64,000 bases of DNA from Takakia lepidozioides. Lineage: Eukaryota > Plantae > Bryophyta. The DNA is taken from assembly GCA_030704615.1 (NCBI GenBank), contig CM060731.1, positions 53,320,001-53,384,000 of the forward strand. The letters run 5' to 3'. The stretch's first letter is position 1. Every line of letters begins with the position of its first letter. A model generated the notes under the pieces. That model worked only from the letters and a program-made list of their open reading frames with translations, searched no databases and had not been told where the DNA came from. Shown piece after piece: positions 24,961 through 55,778 of this stretch. The position numbers and the translations under genes are program-made.

Positions 24961-26806
24961 TGCGAACTTCTTGAGCCTCGGTGGGTCTATGTGAGGGGCT
25001 GATTGAGGGCAGATTTCAGAAGTTCATGGGAATAATTTGAGGGCCCTTGAGAGTTATTTGAGAGGTCATTTAAGGATAGTCATCTCTATTGCTCGAGGAA
25101 GAGTGAGTGTGAAGATAGGGAGAGCAATGGGATGAGAACATTATGGGCTTAGAGTGTGCTTTAGCTTCCTTTCTCTATAGTCTTCCATCGTTCTTGTAGG
25201 CCAAAGCTTTTCCGTAAGCGGAGGCAGAGCTAGTTTGGATAGAGACTTGGTCATCTTGTAGGTTTATTGGAGCCGCAATGAGATCGATTGATTTAAGGTG
25301 TGGGAGGTGTTGTTGTTTGAGTTTCCTGTGTTTGGATCCTCCTCCCATACATGCATGTTTGACTGTGCACCATGCTAGTTTGGTTTGGGCGCTTGCTTTT
25401 ATAGGTGGTTGTGCCGGAAATATTTGGGCCGGCCAACCCTAGAGCGTGCTGTCGGTGATGAGGTTGGGGTGATGACTAGCAGACCATCATTGTTTCTCTT
25501 ACGGTGAGGTTGGGTTGATGACCAGCAGACCATAGGAGTGCCTGCGGTGGATGCAGGTACAGGTACTGTGCAGGTTCAGGATAGGAACCCAGTCCAATTC
25601 TGGTATGGGATATTGGACAATGAGCTGAGGAGAAGGGGGCGGGATGCAGTTCTCTCCTACAAGTGGCCCAACCCACCTTAGCAAACGTGTTTTTGCTGGC
25701 AGAGCGGATAGAGCTCAATATGGTGGAGGAGCGAATGGTCATGGTGGGGTTTTGGTAAGGAGACACAACGAAGCGGGGCTCCTAGCCAACAACAACCACT
25801 ACCCCAACGTGCTGCTCCACATTACCTGTGATTCCCTGTGGATCAATAGCTCCAGAAACCTGCATGGGTAGATGGTCAACTGGCAGCAGCGGCACATTGA
25901 TATAATCAGGCACGCTAATGAAAGCATCTTCTCAGCACATTTCACCCTGTTTTTTCCTCTTGAGAATCGGCCCTACTAATTTCCCGTTGAAATCTGAATT
26001 AGCTTGTTGAGTGAATCTAGTTTGGAGTGATTTTTGACATGATATTGCCGTGTGACAATTAGGAAAGTAATCAGAAACAGGTAACAGAGCGAGGACAAGC
26101 TGTGGAATGAATACTTTTTCTGCTCGATCCCAGTCTTGACCTTCCCTGCCGAGCCTTTCTAGCTATTGCATTGTAGAGTACCCCGAACCACCGGCACATT
26201 CACTGACCGACGTCAATCAGTTACCGGTAAAGCATTCTTATCCAGCTCCTCGGGCCTGCCTTCTATAGACCTCCGCTTGTCTCGTTTTCATGCGCTCAGT
26301 GGCTAAAGCCATAGATGAGTCTTACGTGATGACCGAACTCATCTGGGAACGCAACATAATTCACAAAATTACATAAGTGGCTTCTTGCCCAATTACACTT
26401 TCAGTCTGACATCCAAAGAGTCTGTGGAATCAAGATCTGAGTCTGAGTCTAGTCTGAGGCAAGGCCAGGCTTCACAATGCAGCCCACCAGAGGTTCAGCC
26501 TAAAGCTCCAAAAAACCACATGTTTGTTTTCTAAGTTCGCAGAAGATGCACCACCAACAATTGGCATTGTGAGACACTCACTATAACTCCAGCTTCCAGG
26601 AAGTCACTGAGCAACTTCCAAGCGGAAACAACCTAAGTCTGGACCCACACATAATCCCTGTCCTTCAACTATCCATGTTCCTTTTGCACAAATCAGCATA
26701 CTCCTTGCCTTTCTGCTAGCAGCTACGATGATAGCCTAAGATTTGCTCTAGGAAACACCCAACTCAACTTATCACACTAGTTCCCTATGTCAATTGCATC
26801 TGCTAC

Positions 26807-44692
<17,886 letters not shown>

Positions 44693-46517
44693 TTATAATC
44701 CAACAAGCATTCACTCTTGCCTCGATTTGTCCCACTCGGTCGTCAGAAACACCCATACTGGTAGATCCAAAACATTCTGTTGGGAACTCAAGCAGAAATT
44801 CGTCCACAGGGTCCCGGTGAGGCAGTGCAACCGGTCTGTTGCACAATCCAGGAAACAACTGGCTGTTAGTCTCCTGGATAGTTTTGCTCGCCATCGCTGA
44901 TGGGTTCGTCAGTGTGCTGCATAGTCTGCTGAGGGTGCAATCTGCGGCTGGATTCGTCGTCTGCTGCCGTCCTCTGAGGTGCAACTTCTGGCGGAATTCG
45001 TCGGTCTGCTGCCACGTCCTGCTGAGGTTCCAATCTGCTGGCTTGATTCTCGGTCCTGCTGGAACGGTCCTGCAGGGGCAATCTGCTGGCTGTATTCGTG
45101 GGTCTGCTGGCACAGTCTACTGATGGGGCAATCTGCTGGCTTATCGTCGGTCTGTTGTACAGTCCTCTGAGGGGCCGTCTAGTGGCCATGTTCTCTGGTC
45201 TGCTCCAGTCGGCCTGAGGGGCAGTCTGTTTTGGCCGTTCTGCTGCAATCGCAAGTCGCTGCCCCGCTCAGTACTATTTGCCATACTGAGTATGTGTGTG
45301 CGGAGTCGCTGATTCTGACTTACAGTAAGGAGGTCATGAAAGTGCTTGAGTGCTATGAGGAATGGTGTCTTTGCTTTTTGAAGTGTTGCTGGTGTACTGC
45401 CTTTAGATTTTGCACATGCCAACGGTACAATCATTAAGTAGGGGATGTCTTGGTGAAGAGAGTGAAAGATTGTTGAACTTAGTTTGAAGGATGGACACAA
45501 ATGAAGGATAATGGGAAAGAATGCATGACATATGAAGAGGCACTGTACCCCTACTATGGGGGGTAGGCTGTAGCTTTTGAAAGAAATACAGGTGGCATGC
45601 ATTTTTTCCCTACTCTGCTTGTATCAATCAGCTAGGAAACATTCATTAGACTGAGATCTGCAATCAGTGGGGCTAAGGGTCTTTCAAATAGTTAAAATGC
45701 AGTTTTAAATGAGGGGTTTTTTTTAAAGTGGGGGCTCTGTGATATCATGCCTTCTTCATGCAAAGGACAGAGAAATAAAGTTGAAATAGAGAAGTCTAGG
45801 GTTTGCATTTTCATTAAGTAGATGTGAATGATGTCAAACAACCATGCATCCAGTGTAACAACCTGGGCAGGATAGTTTGAAGGGGTAGCAATGTCATCCA
45901 AGGGATCTGTTTCTTAGATAATGTAGTATTAATAAAGAGGAAATGAGAGCTCATTTGTAGAAACTGGCTTTGCATTCTGGTTTAGCAGTAGATAACTGGC
46001 ACACTTTTCTGCATCACTTACCTAGTCCAGTATGGGCGTGGGGTTCTCTGATATGTTTACACTGTGGATAGGAATCTGATCTGTATAAGGATCAGAAATG
46101 TACCACCCTGTGTTTTCCAATGATGACATCTGTGGGAAGAAGAACCCTCCTGACCTATATGATGATTTGTTCACTAAAGAGACCAATAACAATTTAGATA
46201 ACCTCATCCCTGTCCAATGTCTTCCTTTCCGCTTCGGCTGGATAAGGGTATAGTCCTCTAGTCATAAATAGATTTAAAATGAAAGTAGGGTCTGATCATT
46301 TTAAAAGAGCAAGTAGGTTGATGTCATAGGCAGGGCCCTGGATCACTACTCAAGAAACAGTTAACTATAGTTTTACCAGAAGGGTTTCATGCCCCTTCTT
46401 TTTTCACACTCCAGTGTGGCTTTTCCTTGATGTGGATGTGAGTGTCCATCCTGGCAAATGTGGGCTTTTGGCTCCTGTTAGTACGGTATTCTTCCTGATG
46501 TTTCAGGTTCTGGGAGA

Positions 46518-47100
46518 ATCAGCTTGGTCTTAGCAGCCGCACTGATTCATTTCCTGATTCAACCTATTTCAACCTGTTTTGCCCTCTTATCAACTCGGGC
46601 CTGATATTCATATTGGATTCTGTAAGTTAGCTCGTTGGTGCAAGATAGAGAGTCAGCTTGGTCTTAGCAGGCCGTGATGGCACCTTCTTCTTCAACCTAT
46701 TTCAGCCTGTTTTGCCCTCTTATCAGACTCGGGCCTGATATTCATATTGAATTCTGTAAGTTAGCTCGTTGGTGCAAGTAAGAGTCAGCTTGGTCTTAGC
46801 AGGCCGTGAGGGCACCTTCTTCTTCAACCTATTTCAGCCTGTTTGCCCTCTTATCAAACTCAGGCCTAATATGCATATTGAATTTTTGTTAAAATAGCTC
46901 GTTGGGCAAGAGAGAGAGTCAGGTTGGTCTTAGCAGGCCGTGAGGGCAACCTTCTTCTTCACCTATTTCAGCCTGTTTTGCCCTTTTTTCAGACTCGGGC
47001 CTGAATCATATTGTTCTGTAAGTTAGCTTGTTGGTGCAGAGAGAGAGTCAGGTTTTGGCTGATATGCATATTGAACTGTAAGTTAGCTCGTTGGTTCAAG
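46518..47100. repeat. ~130-bp tandem repeat, 4-5 copies
   Basis: Unit agtcagcttggtcttagcaggccgtga...ttcaacctatttcagcctgttttgccctcttatca...ctgtaagttagctcgttggtgcaag is repeated. Confidence 0.88.
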
Positions 47101-47207
47101 AGAGATTTCCTACAAATCCTTTGGAAGAAGCTCTTCTATAGCAATGTCTCTGCAGAGGTGTGGGAGGAACCCAGTCCATGGAGAACAGCTTGGTCTTAGC
47201 AGGCCGT

Positions 47208-47362
47208 GCCTTGTTCAAAGCTGGAAATGTACCTAATGTCATTCCTGAACACTCCTGCCAGCTCTGGAAAAAGGGAAAGAGATCGACATGTTTGCAAAAT
47301 GAAGGCCTTGCTTGGTGCCTGCAGAATCCATGGCATGTGGAGATGACTGAACGTGCGGCATG
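47208..47362 (+). pseudogene. PPR fragments including an E-domain motif
   Basis: KAGNVPNV; ALEKGKEI fused to DMFAK; KALLGACRIHG, then a frameshift, then VEMTERAA. The last matches the E1 consensus WxALLGACRIHGNVExAExAA. Confidence 0.75.
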
Positions 47363-48695
47363 AAGGTACCCTTTTCAACACATTTCACCCTATTTTTCCC
47401 TGTTACCAGAGTAGTCCCTAAATTTTCATGTAGAATTCTTTCCTGCAAGTTAGCTCATTTGTGTATGTGAGGTTGCATGAGTTTCCGTCCATCTGCAAAG
47501 GTTGGCTCTTCGTACCTGTGAGTACCATGATTTGGTGTTTACAAGGTTATTGGGAGAGTCAGCTTGCAGGTCTTAAGCAGGCTGTGTTTCAATCTCTCCC
47601 CTGCTCAGCTGCCACCGTGGTGGTTCTCACAGACCAATCCGACATTACCTGACTACAGACAAACAACACGCACAAGAGGTCATTTTGGGTGATGGTCGGT
47701 CAAATCCTCCATGGTCAAGGACAATGTGGTGAGGGCACGTTTCAGCCTGTTTTGCCCTCTCATCAGACTTGCCTGAGATGCATGTTGAATTCTACATGGG
47801 TGATAAGTAGGGTTGGGTGTTTGCTGGAACAATTGTAGGCTGTCCTTGTCAGCCGCTAGCAGCAAGTGAGATGTATGCATTATTTTGTGCAGAGCTTGGA
47901 TAGCTGAGGGAACAGGGTAGAGTCTGGCCGGTCTAATTCATCCAAGAGGGCGGGACTTCAAAGCTCACGATTACCTATAATTCCCGTGGATCAATAGTTG
48001 CAAGAAACCTGCATGGGTAGATGATCCAATGGAAGCCGCAACAGCAGCGGTACAATTGATAAAATCAGGCACTGCTAATGAAGCCACCTTCTTCAACACA
48101 TTTTCATCCTTTTTTTCCCTCTTATCAGAATTGGCCCTAAATTTTCATGTTGAATTTTGCAAGTTAGTTGGTTGAGTGAACCTTTGATAGTTTGGAGTGA
48201 CTTTGATACGGTACTGCCAATGTGACAACAGGGAAGTATCCAGTTCTAAACAGGTAACAGCTGAGACGAGGAGAAGTTGTGAATGATACTTTTCTGACCC
48301 CAGTCAATGGTGGGACAATCGAGGCAAAAAGGTGAATGCCTGTTGGATTACAGAGAGTAGCAGATGCAATTGACCATAGTGATAAGTTGAGTTTGGATGT
48401 TCCCTAGAACAAATCTAGGCTGTCATTGTCAGGTGCTAGCAGCAAGGCAAGGAGGTTGCATGATTTGTGCAGCGGCCATTGATAGCTGAAGGAGCAGGGA
48501 TAGAGTCTGGGTCCAGATTCATCCAAGAGGGCCGGACTTCAAGCTCCAGATTACCTATGATTCCATGTGGATCAATAGCTATAAGAAACCTGCTGCATGG
48601 GTAGATGGTCACTAAAGGTAGGCAGCTGCAGCGGCACAGTTGATAAAATCAGGCACCCCAACCATGACCACAGCTTCTGAAAGAGGATCAAGAGA

Positions 48696-48970
48696 GTGGC
48701 TGAACGAGATGTGGTCTTTTGGAGTGCCATGATTGCACAGGTATGTTGTAGCCTGGGTATGGGATTAAGGCTTTGGAAACCTAGGAGCAAATGATGTGGG
48801 ATGAGATGAAGCAAGACCAGGTCATGTTCATTTGTGTTTGTAATATGCATATGGGAGCCTAGCAGCCCTGGGAAGGGCAAGGGTTCATGGTGACATTATC
48901 AAAGCTGGTTTGTACCAGATGTCATTCTGAACATTCCCCTGGTGTACATCTATATCAAATGTGAGCCTGA
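48696..48970 (+). pseudogene. PLS-PPR fragment (P-L-S motifs)
   Basis: VAERDVVFWSAMIA...GYGIKALET*EQMMWDEMKQDQVMFICVCN...YGSLAALG...VHGDIIKAGL.PDVI...LVYIYIKC, with stops and frameshifts. Confidence 0.82.
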
Positions 48971-50093
48971 CAGCCCTGGCCAGAGAAGAGCATAAAGAGG
49001 GCTTACAATTTCGTTCGCCGGGGCGTAGACATTGCTGGCATGAAGAAGAGGCAGGAAAGCGTTCGGTGTTCCTAGCATGCATGCGGAGACGCCGTGTGAA
49101 GTTAGGCTTAGAACTTTTATCATGGCCGGATTTTGTTGACAGTGTTCCAGCACTTACTCTTTGGGTTTTATTTTATTTTGTGGAGCTTGAATCCCCAATG
49201 TACTTCTTTCACTACAATAGTGGTATGTGTTTCCTCTAGTCATGTTCCTAATCACTTGCACACCACTGTACATAGTGGTATAATTTAAAACTGTAAGAGT
49301 AGCCAAATACACACAATTGGCCTCCATTTCCACTCCTGTAGTGGTAAAATAATCACCTATATATTACTTATTAGTGGTATGAATTCCTCATGAGTATTCC
49401 TAATCACTTACACACCACTCTGTTATAATCATTCCAATCCATAGGTCCCCACTCAGAGAGACACCGAGGATGATTCAAACAGCTTACATACCACTATGTG
49501 GGTATCATTTCCAATGACCTGCTAAGAGACGTCATCCACTCACATAACCACGGTTGAGTGATATTGTATATTCTCAGTTTTCATAATGACTCTGTGAGTC
49601 ATTTCGCGATCACTCAACAAGTGTTTCGGATTCATTGAATTTTTCACTCCATCCATTTTGTAGCACCGACACAGGACACGTGTCCATGCTGAGAGTGTCG
49701 CCACGTGTCAACATAATATCCAATAATCATCCCGGACCACCGACTTTCACGTGTCCACTAGAAAACGGAAGTGGTTACTTTACCACTATGACACGTTCAG
49801 TTTATTACCACTGTGACACGTCAGAAGTGGTTGGTTTACTTAGTGATACATCATTGACACTCACAATGGTTAATTTACCACTATGACATGTCCAGCGAAC
49901 AGGTGGACCCCGACGTGGGTGGTTCGAACCACTGTCCTTAACCACTGATGCCACGTAATGTCTTTTACCACTCCTTGTCCTAATCACTGGTTTCTTCATC
50001 ACTTCTGGGGCCAGAGTGTTAGTGTCTTTTACCACTCAAATGAGTGGTTAACAAAGTGGTTATTCCGCGGTTTTTCTGGGGACACGACTTTTT

Positions 50094-51124
50094 GAGAGGG
50101 GAAGGGATAATGTTAGAGGGCTGTCTGGGACTTTAGACATTTTATGGGTTCTGAGGGGTACCCTTAATTGCGCAGACCTACGGGTGGTAGACTCGTCCAA
50201 CATAGGCCTTAGGGGTGACGGACACAGACCTTGGGGTGGCACACAGGCTCACACAGTCAGTCACAATCTTACACAGCCTATCACAGCCTATCACAGTCAA
50301 TCACAGCCTATCACAGCCTGTCACAGTCAAAACACAGCCTAACACAGCGTGACACAGTCAATCACAGTCCGACACAGCTTGGCACAGTCCGTCACAACGT
50401 TCACAATGAACGGTTTCATTGGCAGGGAACGACTATGTGGGAACAACAACAGAGGGAACGTGGCTTTCTGTGTTGGATGACAGTAAGTTAGGCGGTTAGT
50501 ACAGCTTGCAGGAAGAATAGGCAGAGTAGTACAGGGAGGGGAGTCACTTCTTAGATCAATTCTTGGCAATGGGTTCTGGCATCTACGATGGAGAGCACGA
50601 TCTTGGAGCACAAGAATGGAGATTACACAGAGGGAGGAGAAACGACGAGATGATGCTGGATACATGCAATTGTAGAGATGCACTGTAGAGCAGATTAGAA
50701 ACACCCATGGCTTCAGCTGATACATGATAGATAATATATGATTCATATTTCATACTCACACCGTGTAGAGAGAAATGAGTGAAGCTGTGGAATGAATGCT
50801 TGAGTAGATGAAACATGGAGATTGGAGAAGCAATCTGATACTTAATCTAGACAGTAAGGTAACTTGCTAACATGGATACGGAAGAATACAAATAGTAAGC
50901 ACCCCCATGATACATTAGTTGTATCATGAACTGATTGTTCTGAGTGGGAGGAGTACTTAGAGATATCCAACTCTTCTATCTTGGAGTTTCCACCTCGATA
51001 GCGAAGGGATGGGTTAGTAAAAGCCGTTCGACAGTATTCATTCCAGAGCTTCTCTTCTCTCTATTATCCTGTGAAAAAGGTTGTGCATCATGTAGGATTC
51101 CTTCTATGAGATCGGTTGGTGACA
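50094..51124 (+). mobile_element. Probable Ty3/Gypsy polypurine tract (50094-50110) plus ~1-kb LTR (50111-51124)
   Basis: The purine run gagaggggaagggataa is immediately followed by tgttag, and there is a candidate end ...ggtgaca at 51124 (TG...CA). Non-coding. No partner LTR in the window, so the boundaries are unconfirmed. Confidence 0.45.
50250..50405. repeat. 10-bp minisatellite (tcacagccta / tcacagtcaa)
   Basis: About 15 consecutive degenerate 10-mers. Confidence 0.85.
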
Positions 51125-51481
51125 CCCCTCCGCGCTCAACCACGCTGGGGCATCATCGTCACTTCCTCGCGCTACAAGACACGGTTATTTTTCGGGCATT
51201 TTCGGGCAGTCCGGGCAGATTAAATTTTTTTGATGACCGTACGTGGCGACGATGACGTGGTTATGATGACATGGCTACAAAATGTGGCGATGATGATGTG
51301 GCCTAAGGCACCCTATATCTGCTCTACGCTAAACTAGTTCTCGACCTTCGGTCGTCGCTAGATTTAAGTATTGTTTACCCCCCTATGTATGTATAATGTT
51401 GTACATGGGGGATTAAAAATACCCCCTCCTATGCACGCACGTGGCTGGTACAGATTGGCTGGGTTTGCACCCCCCAGGCCA

Positions 51482-52110
51482 TCATGTCTGCAAGTTTGTG
51501 AACTCCAAGTGTCTCTTGGGGTTGTGGGCAAAGTAGACATGGCTAGTCTGAAGCAAAGCTTCAATGCTGCTAAAAAGCCCCAATTGAGATAGTGTCTTGA
51601 AGGCCAAATTGCACTTATGAGCCATGCAATGCACCCCCATACAAAATGGAGCATGCTTTGAAAGCAATTTGTTTGATAACCCCATTCCTTACACCTTGAA
51701 TGGTACTGACTCCATTAGCCCCCAAGCACAACAATTTTCTAGCTATGCCACTATCTGAAGTCCTCCACCAGTCCTCAAAAGCATCCATGAAAACAAGGAT
51801 CAAGTTTATCAGCCCCTGACCCATCCCCAATTTTCTGAAGGGAGACCATCAATGGGGACTCTTACCCAGTTTTGCATGACATAGACATGTATGCTGATCC
51901 AAGAGCTGTTATCCCCCTGGTGACCTCATCACAGGTCAGTGCCACATACTTGGCAGCCCTCACACATGACACCATTATCTCCTTCACTCCATTGTACATG
52001 CACTCAGCCATGATCCAACCTGATGTGTCACCCAATGCATCCTTGGTTGTTCTGGACCTCAAGAAAGACAAACAAACTTTGCATTCTCTCATACTCAGTC
52101 ATGGACATCC
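51482..52110 (-). mobile_element. hAT-superfamily transposase pseudogene fragment (ZNF862/DUF4371-like)
   Basis: Three overlapping frames give GWIMAECM...YVALTCDEVT, KLLCLGANGVSTIQGVRNGV and KHAPFCMGVHCMAHKCNLA...YFAHNPKRHLEF. These correspond to the first catalytic Asp region, the DGA region (here NGV) and the CxxH motif of hAT transposases. Frameshifted. Confidence 0.85.
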
Positions 52111-53080
52111 TCCAATTGGAACGTTCGGGTCAGTCAAGTTGGGCTTGGACTTTTTCTTTGGTACAGATCCCTGCAAATCGTCCTCTTCCTCAGAAGATAC
52201 CACCAGAGTTTCATGAGCATTTTCAGAAGAGTCAAACAGTAATACCACTGGTGGTGGGGGTGAGGGAACAGACATTGAGAGTGTGTACTAATAACCTGTT
52301 CATTCAGCCTAAATTGGACGAGTCTGACTAACCCCGTCCCTTAACATCACACGGCAAAGGCATGGAATCACAAAACCAAACGCAGGAGCTGGGCATTGCC
52401 ATATTCCTAGAGGTCACCAAGTACTTGTCAAGGAAGGAATGCGGAGGCATGCGCTTTAGCAGTAGGTTCGGCATTGCCCGTTGTCTCAAGAAGCCAAGAC
52501 TGCCCCAAAAAGCCAATTCACTGCACTACAACATGCACAACCTCTCTTGAGAATTTGCAACCCCAAAACACATGAACTAATCAAGTATGGTACTAATGAA
52601 CATAAGGCACAAATCACGCGGACAGTGGAAGCACTGAGCTTCAGCCATTCTCTTTTGTAATTGTAAGCCAATCTCCAAAACCCAGAAGTTTAGTGAAGCA
52701 AACAACCAATTTTCTCAACTTATATTAATGCACCTAAGATTCACCTTCACTGCCAGTCTCCCATGGAGAATCCACCTTGGGAGAATCCAAGGATCAAGCC
52801 ACAAAACACACAGTAAAGGAAAATGGCGGCGTAGAGGGTGAATGCAGTGTATCTTGCCTGCCGACCCCGTCACTTTTCCCTTCATTGCGCCGCCACCCCT
52901 CCTCCGCAACAGCAAAGCAGCATATCAGCGCCCGCCCACATTCAAGCAGCGTTGAAGGCCGCTCCAAAGTTTTGTACAGTCGACCTTGGATAAATGTTAT
53001 CTGCTTTTTTGTTATGTTATCCTTAATGTTATGAAATCTTGGCTCTGTAAAAATTTACACTTGAAAACAAAAACATAACA

Positions 53081-53430
53081 TAAACATAATGGTTTTGAAA
53101 ACATAATAGTTTTGAAAATAGATTTACCTCAACAATTCTTTGACCTCCCTCAAAATCTATTGTTGAGGTAATTTAAGAAAAAAAAGAACAGAATAGTTTT
53201 GAAAATAGATATTATCTCAACAATTATTTTTGACCTCCCTCAAAAACTATTGTTGATGTAGTTTTCTTTTCTAAGAAAATATAATGGTTTGAAAATATTA
53301 TTACGCTCAACAATTATTTTTGACCTCCCTCAAAAACTATTGTTGAGTTAGTTTTTTTTTTTTTTTTAAACATAATGGTTTTGAAAATAGATATTACCTC
53401 GATATAATTTTTCTCTTAAAAAACATAATG
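53081..53430. repeat. AT-rich ~85-90-bp tandem repeat with an internal inverted repeat
   Basis: Units cataatggttttgaaaatagat...ctcaacaatt...tttgacctccctcaaaa.ctattgttga. ctcaacaat/attgttgag is self-complementary. Confidence 0.8.
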
Positions 53431-53839
53431 TTTTGATATGTGAAAAATTTAGCAGATATGTTATAATTTTTTCTGCTCTAAGGCATAACATTATCTAAGT
53501 TCGACTGTAACAACACCCTAATTCTGGCGACAAGCCTCAGCACCTTGCGATCGAAGTAGCGACACCATCTCTTTGGCAATGCAGCGTTCTGGCGATGGCC
53601 AGCCCTCCACCCCGCTCTGTGTGGTGATCTGACGGTGGAGGGTGGTGCACATGGTGAAATCTGGCTGGCCCCCCCCGCGCGATGGGGCACCAGCCCTTGG
53701 ATTTAGGGCGTCGTCCCCCTGTTCTCAGGCAAAAAACGTAGGTTCCCCCTGATGCTTTTTGGCACTAGCTGGCCAGGCCCCTGCCTCGATTGGGCGATAA
53801 ATTTAGATTTTGCCCCCGAAAATCGTAAAGGGGTGTCGC

Positions 53840-53875
<36 letters not shown>

Positions 53876-54397
53876 TTTTGGGTGCTATTTTGCTTTTTAT
53901 TGATCTAAAAAGGAGGGGCTGATCTCCATCACCATTTTTGTGATAATAAGTTTCATATTTATGTGATGTTGACTGCTCGTAGCAATCACTAATATGCAAC
54001 TAGACACAATTCATTTTGTTTCGCCCACGAAAGCGTGGGAATGACCTATTCCCATAAGCACGTAACAAATTCTGTAGCAAAATAAAACAACATCATGTCG
54101 TCCCTTATATGCAAAACCAAATACAACTCATTTTGTTTCGCCCACGAAACCATTGGATTATGACCTACACAACAATACCTTGAAATTTTTCACCGGTGAA
54201 ACCCAATATCTTGATTTTCGCTGGGAGAAACCTATTGTTTTGTCTCATTTATTAAATTGTTCAATTATTGTTTGGTGTATTTGGATGGTGTTGAATGTGA
54301 CTCTGTTTTTTCCTAATGTGTTATTCTTTGTAGGATACCAAAGCTATAATATGTGGAACTTGAGCTTTGTAGATATACATTATGGTGTCTATTCGAG

Positions 54398-54417
54398 TTA
54401 GGGTTTAGGGTTTAGGG
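54398..54417 (+). repeat. Short interstitial plant telomere-motif run, (TTTAGGG)~3
   Basis: ttagggtttagggtttaggg. Confidence 0.7.
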
Positions 54418-55278
54418 ATACACAAAACTTAAAAATGCACCGTGTCTCTATATCCGCCAATGGTTTTATTGGGTTTAGAAAACATATAACTCTTGTGACC
54501 GTGATTTAAAAGCATAAATCCCTTACCGTGGGTTGTTGCTCACGTTCTACTACCCCCCGCAGTAGAGATGATGTTATGAAGAGTAGGACATTGTTGATTA
54601 GCAAATTGCTTATCGGCGCACAAGGATTCTGCAAATCAGACTGCAACGGAAAATATGGCAACGTGGTATTTGGTCAGCTATATGACAGAAGTCAACGCTT
54701 ATAAGGCATATTTGATTTCCATATCCATGGGAACGATGCTCAAACCAAGATCACTAAATATAAGCTACTAAGTTTGTGTGAGTGCATTTGCATAGGGAGA
54801 GATTTCTTCTACTACCTTGTCAGGTAAATAAGCACAGTGTGAAAACAGCTAGAATAAAACCAGTTATTTGTATTTAACACTTGGATTTAGGTCAGTGTTA
54901 AATCAGGTGTTCAATTTTAGTTTGACACTGGTCCGTCTTATCTTCACCGAGAGCGGCAGTCGCGCAGCTCATCTCTCTCGAGTTGAGCCTGCGCGATCCG
55001 CGCTCCTTCATGCATTTAGATTGAGTGTGCTTTGATGGAGTGTAGGTTGTTGTGGGGTGGAGTCCCCTAGCTTGGGGTGCCCCTGGCTCGACTTCTGTTT
55101 TAAAGATGAGCGCGATGGATTCATGTTGTTTCTGTGTGAGCATGTGTTTTCTATTTTCTTCTTATCACTCGAGAGAGATGCTCTCTTAACCTGTGAGTGC
55201 AAGGTAGGAGTTGAGTGTTAGCACTTGCAAGATTACTTGTGTGTAAGTAGTGCTTAGTTTTGAGAAGCATATCATTGA

Positions 55279-55778
55279 NNNNNNNNNNNNNNNNNNNNNN
55301 NNNNNNNNNNNNNNNNNNNNNNNNNNNNNNNNNNNNNNNNNNNNNNNNNNNNNNNNNNNNNNNNNNNNNNNNNNNNNNNNNNNNNNNNNNNNNNNNNNNN
55401 NNNNNNNNNNNNNNNNNNNNNNNNNNNNNNNNNNNNNNNNNNNNNNNNNNNNNNNNNNNNNNNNNNNNNNNNNNNNNNNNNNNNNNNNNNNNNNNNNNNN
55501 NNNNNNNNNNNNNNNNNNNNNNNNNNNNNNNNNNNNNNNNNNNNNNNNNNNNNNNNNNNNNNNNNNNNNNNNNNNNNNNNNNNNNNNNNNNNNNNNNNNN
55601 NNNNNNNNNNNNNNNNNNNNNNNNNNNNNNNNNNNNNNNNNNNNNNNNNNNNNNNNNNNNNNNNNNNNNNNNNNNNNNNNNNNNNNNNNNNNNNNNNNNN
55701 NNNNNNNNNNNNNNNNNNNNNNNNNNNNNNNNNNNNNNNNNNNNNNNNNNNNNNNNNNNNNNNNNNNNNNNNNNNNNN
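55279..55778. other. Scaffold gap (exactly 500 N)
   Basis: Run of 500 N. A fixed round size indicates an arbitrary scaffolding spacer. Confidence 0.99.

Noticed and set aside
54560-54830. Possible exon of an unknown gene ending at a GT donor
   Set aside because: It has an in-frame stop, no recognisable motif and no partner exons.
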